This document shows, in pieces, positions 58,160 to 64,000 of a stretch of DNA of 64,000 bases; position 1 is the stretch's first letter, and every line of letters starts with the position of its first letter. The position numbers and the translations under genes were made by a program. The stretch is from an uncultured delta proteobacterium (GTDB lineage Bacteria > Myxococcota_A > Polyangia > Polyangiales > Polyangiaceae), in the NCBI GenBank assembly GCA_963806225.1, contig CAWDXG010000004.1:512001-576000 (forward strand), given 5' to 3'. The notes beneath the pieces are model-generated. The model ran no database searches and was not told the origin of the DNA. It saw nothing but the letters and a program-made list of their open reading frames with translations.

Positions 58160-59167
58160 TCAGGCGGCGCAGACGAAGTGACGCCCTTCGCGGTAGCCCA
58201 TGCGATCAAGCGCGTGCCGGATCTCCGAGCGCGGGCCAGCACCCGCGACCGACACGACGATCGGCGCGGGCGGGACATCAGGCAACTGCCCGGGCGCGAT
58301 CACCTCGGCCCCGCAGATGCGCTGCCCGATGCGACCAGGGTGCAGCTCCACGATGTGGGTCGGATGGCGATCATGGCGCTCGAGCGCCCGGGCCAGCGCT
58401 TTGCCGGTCCCGCCGTAGCCCCACAGGATGTACTGCCTGCAGCCGACAAGAGGCCCGCTGGCGAGGAACTCCGCCTTGCACGCAACGATGCGCTCGATAC
58501 TGCAGCTCGCAGAGGTGCGCGACAGTCGCTCCGGATCGTCGCGCCACGACAACAGCCGCCTGGGAATCACGGCGATCGACTCTCCCGCCGCCAGCATGCG
58601 TAGAACGAGATCATAGTCCTCGGGCCAACCGCGATCGCGATAGCCGAATCGACGCAACACCGCGGCTCTCAGCGTCAGGGTCGGATGCGCAACCGGACAC
58701 TCGACGAACGCTTCGCGCCGCACGCTCCCGGGCGAATCGATCGACGCGAGCCAACGTTCATAGGCGAGCATGCCGCCTGCAAGACGCCCGCGCGGAAACA
58801 GTCGCACGTGGCTGCCGACGGCGGACAGCTCCGGCTGCCGTTCGAGCACCTCGAGCTGGCGGCGGAGCCGATCGCGGCGCATCAGATCGTCGGCGTCCAT
58901 GCGAGCCACGTAGCGCCCGCGGCACTCGGCAAGCCCGGCCTGGAGGGCAAGAACCACCCCGCGATGCGGTACTTCGAGCACCCGGAAGCGCGGATCGTTG
59001 ACTTTAGCGCAACGTGCTACCGCCCCCGTCGCGTCGACCGAACCGTCGTCCACGACAACGCACTCCCAGCGCGGCTCGTCCTGGCGCCGGACACTCTCCA
59101 GCGCAGCGGCGATCGTGGTGCCGGCGTTGTAGGCCGGGAGCAACACCGACACGAGCGGCTCGGTCAA
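58160..59167 (-). CDS. Glycosyltransferase family 2
   Basis: VSVLLPAYN, VVDDGS.D, ARMDADD, HPT and EDYDL. TTG start inferred. Confidence 0.88.
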   Translation of the reverse strand: MTEPLVSVLLPAYNAGTTIAAALESVRRQDEPRWECVVVDDGSVDATGAVARCAKVNDPRFRVLEVPHRGVVLALQAGLAECRGRYVARMDADDLMRRDRLRRQLEVLERQPELSAVGSHVRLFPRGRLAGGMLAYERWLASIDSPGSVRREAFVECPVAHPTLTLRAAVLRRFGYRDRGWPEDYDLVLRMLAAGESIAVIPRRLLSWRDDPERLSRTSASCSIERIVACKAEFLASGPLVGCRQYILWGYGGTGKALARALERHDRHPTHIVELHPGRIGQRICGAEVIAPGQLPDVPPAPIVVSVAGAGPRSEIRHALDRMGYREGRHFVCAA

Positions 59168-59178
59168 GTCATTCGCTG

Positions 59179-60085
59179 TCAGCCGAGCCGGGCGGCTTCG
59201 GCGAGCACCTCGTCGACGTGCCCCGGCACGCGTACGCCGCGCCATGCACGACGCACGATTCCCTGTTCGTCGATCAGGAAGGTGCTGCGCTGGATGCCCA
59301 TGTACTCCCGGCCGTAGTTCTGCTTCTTGACCCAGACACCGTAGGCCTGGGCAACGGTCTTGTTCTCGTCCGATAGCAGCGGGAAGTTCAGCCCGTACTT
59401 GCCGATGAAACGCTGGTGGCTCTGCCCGGAATCCGGGCTCACGCCGATGATTTCTACCCCGCCTTCGCTGAATCGGTTCAACGAGTCGCGGAACCCGCAG
59501 GCCTCCGCCGTACATCCGGGCGTGTCGTCCTTCGGATAGAAATAGAGGACGAAGGGCTTGCCGCGCAGACCCCTGCTGGAAACGCGGCGGCCCGAGGCGT
59601 CGGCCAGGTCGAAGTCGGGTGCCGGACGACCTACGTCGACTGCAGGGGCCGCGTTCGGCGCTGCCTTTTTCGCCGCGGGCTTGGCTGCCTTTTTCGCCGC
59701 GGGCTTGGCTGCCTTTTTCGCCGCGGGCTTGGCTGCCTTTTTCGTCGCGGGCTTGGCTGCCTTTTTCGCCGCGGGCTTGGCTGTCTTTTTCGCCGCGCGC
59801 TTCGCGGTCTTTTTCGCGCTGCGCTTCGCGGTCGTTTTTGCGCTGCGCTTCGCGGTCTTTTTCGCGCTGCGCTTCGCGGTCTTTTTCGCGCTGCGCTTCG
59901 CGGTCTTTTTCGCGCTGCGCTTCGCGGTCTTTTTCGCGCTGCGCTTCGCGGTCTTTTTCGCGGCTGCGCTTCGCGGTCTTCTTCGCGCTGCGCTTCGCGG
60001 TCTTCTTCGCGCTGCGCTTCGCGGTCTTCTTCGCGCTGCGCTTCTTCGCCGTCTTCCTGCTTGTCGTCCGCTTTCCTGCAGCCAT
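59179..60085 (-). CDS. bcp: Bcp/PrxQ peroxiredoxin fused to a Lys/Ala-rich histone-H1-like N-terminal tail; apparent frameshift near 59962 within the repeat
   Basis: Hand translation: ...PAAKKAAPNAAPAVDVGRPAPDFDL...LYFYPKDDTPGCTAEACGFRD...GVSPD...RSTFLID. The 5' part is (AKKTAKRS)n(AAKKAAKP)n. Confidence 0.85.
59660..60055 (-). repeat. 24-bp coding tandem repeats (AKKTAKRS / AAKKAAKP), about 16 units
   Basis: CGCGGTCTT(T/C)TTCGCGCTGCGCTT and GGCTGCCTTTTTCGCCGCGGGCTT units seen directly. Confidence 0.92.
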
Positions 60086-60152
60086 CTAGCTACCTCCGCT
60101 GGGGGCCCCGAGAAGGGCTCATCCTCCCCGTCGAGTCAAGGCCGTTGTCGGC

Positions 60153-61046
60153 TCACGAGGCGCTCGATACCGCGGTCGGCGCCCGGCTCTGCTCGCCCAG
60201 CGCATCGATGAGTGCGCTCCACATCGCACGGATGCGCCAGAACCGCCTCGCCGGGTCGACGGCCAGCACCTGTCGGACCCAGTTGTCGACGTCTTGCGAC
60301 AGGTCCGGGCGCAACGCGCACAGGCTCGGCCGGGGCGCCGTCGTGACCAGCTCGAGCTTCTCGCGCACGGTCGCGCCTTCGAAAGGCACCCGGCCCGCCA
60401 GGGCGCGGAACACGATGGCTCCCAACGAATAGATGTCCACGCGCTGATCCAGCAGCGCTGGCTCGCCAGCCCACACCTCGGGCGCGATATAGCTCGGCGA
60501 ACCGATGATCATCCCGCTGCGGGTGAGCGGCGCTGCGGACTTGAGCTTGGCCAGCCCGAAGTCGAGCAGCCGCACCCCGCCCCCACGACGGGGATCGATC
60601 AAATAGATGTTCCCCGGCTTCAGGTCGCGATGCACGATCCCCGCATCGTGCGCCGCTTCCAGCGTGTCCACGATGGGAGACAACACCTCGACCAGCTCGT
60701 CGACGCCCATGCGCTCGCCGCGCGCTTCCAGCTTCGGCAGATAGTCATCCAGGTCGTCGCCCTCGAGCAGCTCCATGACCAGGCACAGCGCGCCGTGCGG
60801 GCTGGTACACATGCCGAGCACGCGCACCGCAGCGGTACCGCGAAGCGCGTGGGTCGCCCGCTGCTCGCGGACCATCCGCACCGTGTACTCCGGATCGCCG
60901 GCGACGCTATCGTGCAGCATCTTCACAGCCACATTGCGGTCGGTAACGCGATCGTAGGCGCGGAACACGACGCTATGACCGCCACGCCCGATCACCTCTC
61001 CGAGCTCGTAGCGCCCGGCAACGACTTCGCCGGTCAATCCGGACAT
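60153..61046 (-). CDS. Hanks-type Ser/Thr protein kinase (catalytic domain only)
   Basis: IGRGGHSVV, VAVKML, HRDLKPGN, DFG, GSPSYIAPE and DIYSLG. Confidence 0.92.
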   Translation of the reverse strand: MSGLTGEVVAGRYELGEVIGRGGHSVVFRAYDRVTDRNVAVKMLHDSVAGDPEYTVRMVREQRATHALRGTAAVRVLGMCTSPHGALCLVMELLEGDDLDDYLPKLEARGERMGVDELVEVLSPIVDTLEAAHDAGIVHRDLKPGNIYLIDPRRGGGVRLLDFGLAKLKSAAPLTRSGMIIGSPSYIAPEVWAGEPALLDQRVDIYSLGAIVFRALAGRVPFEGATVREKLELVTTAPRPSLCALRPDLSQDVDNWVRQVLAVDPARRFWRIRAMWSALIDALGEQSRAPTAVSSAS

Positions 61047-61250
61047 GCTGGGGGCGAGGAAGGCATTCGACAGAGGGCCAGGAGAGGCGCGGGAAGTGTC
61101 AACCCATACCCAGCTGTCGGCGCGTTTCAAGCGTCTCGTCGGCCGGAGCTGTTCTGGCCGGGGATTCGTGCGCCCGGCTCCGGGTCCTTGACACACCCGC
61201 CGCCCCTCCCTACGCCCCCGGGGTTCCCCGCTTCCCGAAAGGAGCCTCTC

Positions 61251-62277
61251 ATGGACTACCGCCCGCTTGGCCACAGCGGCCTCAAGGTCTCATCGCTCTG
61301 CCTCGGAGCGATGACGTTCGGCGAAGCCGACGAGAACTCGTTCATGCACCAGGTCGGTGCCGACAAGAAGACGTCGATGGACATCATGAACGCCGCTCTC
61401 GACGAGGGGATCAACTTCATCGACACCGCGGACGTCTACGGCCAGGACGGCCTGAGCGAGCGCATCATCGGCAAGTGGTTCGAGAAGGACGGCCGCCGCG
61501 ACGAGGTCGTGCTGGCCACGAAGTTCCGGTTCCGCATGGGCGAGGGCCCGAACAGCACCGGCGCATCGCGCTTCCGCATCGTCAAGACGGTCGAGAAGAG
61601 CCTCAAGCGGCTCAAGACAGACCGTATCGATCTCTACCAGATCCACATGCAGGACATCACCACGCCGGAAGAGGAGACCCTGCGGGCGCTCGACGACCTG
61701 GTGCGCGCGGGCAAGGTGCTCTACCTCGGCGCCAGCAACTACGCCGCCTATCGCCTGGTCGACAGCCTGTGGCTGAGCCGCAGCGAGCACCTGGAACGGT
61801 TCGTCTCGCTCCAGGCGCAGTACAGCCTGGTCGTGCGCGACCTGGAGCGCGAGCACGTGCCGGTGTGCGAGAATTACGGGCTGGGCCTCTTGCCCTGGTC
61901 GCCGCTTGCCGGCGGATTCCTCAGCGGCAAGTACTCGCGCGGGCAGGCGCCGCCCGGAGGGGCGCGCCTGGAAAAGTGGAAGGACCGCTACAGCCGCTTC
62001 GACAACGATCGGAACTGGCGCATCATCGATGCGGTCCGCGCGGTCGCCGGCGAAGTCGGACGCGACGCCGGCGCAGGTGTCGCTCGCGTGGCTTCTCGCG
62101 CGCCCAGCCGTTACGTCTGTCATCTTCGGGGCGCGCTCGGTCGACCAGGTCCGCGACAACCTGAAGGCCGCCGAGGTGACGCTCGAGCCGAAGCACATGC
62201 AGGCGCTGGACGAGGCGAGCCAATTCGAGCTCGGCTATCCGTACGACTTCATGAAGAACGTGCAGGGACGCTGGTAG
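61251..62277 (+). CDS. Aldo/keto reductase; apparent frameshift near 62060
   Basis: LG.SGLKVS.LCLGAMTFG, DTADVYG, SLKRLKTDRIDLYQIH and PWSPLAGG, then TPAQVSLAWLL...IFGAR in ORF 61906-62277. Confidence 0.9.
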
Positions 62278-62287
62278 CGGCCCCGGG

Positions 62288-63442
62288 CTACTTCGTCGAC
62301 AGCTGGATCTGCCCGGTCTTGACGTAGCGCTGCTGCGCCGTCGGACCGGTGAGATAGTCGTCGTAGGCGGCGTCCCCACGCAGGTACCGCTCGAAGAACG
62401 CGATCGTGTAGGAATACGCGATGCCGACAAGCTGCGCGTGCGGCACAGTCGCCGGCTTGCAGAAGCTGCACGTCAGCCCGCAGCTGGACGGATCGTCCAG
62501 GAAGCTCATGTGGTTTGCGCCATTCAGCGTGACCTCGATGCTCGGGGCCGCCGCGCTGGCGAAGAACGTCTGGTAGTTGTCCGCTTTGGGCGCGCACGCC
62601 TGGCCGCCAACCCCCGCGGTGGAGTCCGTCATCTCGCCCAGGAAAGCCGTCGGGATCGGCAGCGGCAGCTTGTTGCTCGCGTCCGGGCAGTCTGTCGGAT
62701 TGCAGAACATCGACGAGTCGACCGGATCGAGCCCCACCAGCACCTTGAAGCGCGCGTCCATACTGGCAGCGAGCACCGCCAGCTTCCCTCCGAGCGAGTG
62801 GCCCGCCACGCCCGCACGCGAGCCGTCGACCCGCGCCGCGAGCGGGCTGCCGCTCGATTTGGAAGCCGCAATCGCCCAGTCCAGTGCGCCGATCAGATCC
62901 TTCGCATTCGCGACGTTGTTCACCTGCGTCAGGCTCGCCGGATAGTCCACCGCACAGGCGACGAAGCCGAAGCCCGCCAGCCGCTCGGCGTAGCCGTAGT
63001 ACTGGCTCGCCGGCAGCTGGAAGCCGTGGGCGATGATGACCAGCGGATACGGAGGCTTGCCGGGACCGCTCGTGGGGAAGTAGCAGCGCGAAGGCATGCT
63101 GTGCTGGGTTGCCGCCACCGGGATCGTCACATCCGCATGGTCGCTGGCGTAGGGGCCGGGTTTGGACGGATCAGCCGCCGCTGCACCGGCGGCGCCCGCG
63201 CCGCCATCCGAGGAGCTACCGCCAGCGGAGCTGCCGCCGGCGGAACTGCCGCCCGCGGAACTGCCGCCCGCGGAGCTGCCCGCGGCTCCAGCCGAGCTCC
63301 CTGCGGCGCCTCCCGCTGCGACGCCCGCGGCACCGCCCGCGGCGGCTCCGCCGGCTCCGGCGCTTGCTCCAGGGTCACCACTCTGTGCCGAACCGCACGC
63401 CGACAGACACACGATTCCCAGCAAGCTCCACAGGGCTTTCAT
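62288..63442 (-). CDS. Alpha/beta-hydrolase lipoprotein (chlorophyllase/cutinase-like)
   Basis: Lipobox LSAC, Gly/Ser/Ala linker, IAHGF, GHSLGG nucleophile, LDPVD and GANHMSFLD. Confidence 0.8.
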   Translation of the reverse strand: MKALWSLLGIVCLSACGSAQSGDPGASAGAGGAAAGGAAGVAAGGAAGSSAGAAGSSAGGSSAGGSSAGGSSAGGSSSDGGAGAAGAAAADPSKPGPYASDHADVTIPVAATQHSMPSRCYFPTSGPGKPPYPLVIIAHGFQLPASQYYGYAERLAGFGFVACAVDYPASLTQVNNVANAKDLIGALDWAIAASKSSGSPLAARVDGSRAGVAGHSLGGKLAVLAASMDARFKVLVGLDPVDSSMFCNPTDCPDASNKLPLPIPTAFLGEMTDSTAGVGGQACAPKADNYQTFFASAAAPSIEVTLNGANHMSFLDDPSSCGLTCSFCKPATVPHAQLVGIAYSYTIAFFERYLRGDAAYDDYLTGPTAQQRYVKTGQIQLSTK

Positions 63443-64000
63443 CGCCGCCTCCTCACCGGGCGCTTGCGCGGCCGGTCCTGCTTTCCGGCTTCCCCGCCGG
63501 TTTCGTTGGCTTCCCGCACCAGTTGCTCGAGCGTCGGCAGCAGCATCTTGCGCCGGATGAGCAACACCAGCCGCTCGCTGAGCGAGGTAGCCGCCCCGGT
63601 GATGCGATCCAGATCGTCGCCCGCCAGCGGCATCACGCCCGCCCGGAACATGGATAGCTCCACGCGCACCAGCTCGCGGATCGCACGCGCGTAGTCCTCG
63701 AGGATCGCCGTCGGCAGCATCTCGGCGCGGATGCCGGCACGGCGCGCTGCCCCGAGCGTGCGCAGCAGCGCGAGATCGTCCCCCGAGATGCGCTGCTCCG
63801 GCCCGTCCGGCGTCACGAGCCCCAGCGACTGCAACCAGTCCAGGTCCTGGCCGCGCACGCCCTGGGCGAGGAGCTCGGCGCGCGTACGCCCCGCCTCGGG
63901 GCTGTTCTGGGCGAGGACGCGCGCGATGGCCTGGGCGGTGGTCTGGTCGTCGTCGACCCCACTGGCGCCGTCCAGCACATTCTTGATCACCGAGAGCGGC
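63439..64000 (-). CDS. Probable MerR-family regulator, 5'-truncated by the window edge
   Basis: Begins PLSVIKNVL (end of a MerR-type HTH), followed by a second HTH-like segment and a helical C-terminus. Confidence 0.55.
   Translation of the reverse strand, partial: PLSVIKNVLDGASGVDDDQTTAQAIARVLAQNSPEAGRTRAELLAQGVRGQDLDWLQSLGLVTPDGPEQRISGDDLALLRTLGAARRAGIRAEMLPTAILEDYARAIRELVRVELSMFRAGVMPLAGDDLDRITGAATSLSERLVLLIRRKMLLPTLEQLVREANETGGEAGKQDRPRKRPVRRRR

Noticed and set aside
58160..60085. 641-aa 'histone-like-glycosyltransferase' fusion in the ORF track
   Set aside because: Artefact of the indel near 59962. The tail belongs to Bcp, and the GT2 starts near 59167.

Overview
Very GC-rich bacterial DNA. 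Gene content (zinc-ribbon/GYF protein, Hsp70 paralogue, caspase-domain proteins, Haliangium-type microcompartment genes) suggests a myxobacterium, Polyangiales-like; this is inference. From left to right: (1) ppgK, lon, fmt, an atypical Hsp70 plus J-protein pair and a 73-bp tandem repeat. (2) A sugar-phosphate-type bacterial microcompartment (BMC) locus with an RpiB-DeoC fusion, aldehyde dehydrogenase, BMC-H/P/T shell genes, and separately PduS, a PduT-like shell gene and TPI. The locus is split by an HNH gene with a LexA-like box and by an ECF sigma / anti-sigma / beta-propeller lipoprotein / exported caspase cassette. (3) An inositol-phosphate / cytidylyltransferase / PLP-enzyme / CDP-alcohol transferase cluster. 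(4) A complete type I-G (I-U) CRISPR-Cas locus with 41 repeats and a WYL regulator. (5) A four-helix-bundle gene set in a structured, hexamer-repeat-flanked element. (6) Assorted envelope, signalling and stress genes, including a histone-like-tail/Bcp fusion. About eight genes carry single frameshifts, and the leader-side CRISPR spacers look like consensus noise, so the assembly is probably an imperfectly polished long-read or metagenomic contig. Best candidates for under-described systems: the ECF/anti-sigma/exported-caspase cassette, the BMC with a ferredoxin-motif RpiB-DeoC fusion, the NTP-transferase/PLP-enzyme inositol cluster and the four-helix-bundle element. All family calls come from motif recognition by eye; no database search was run.
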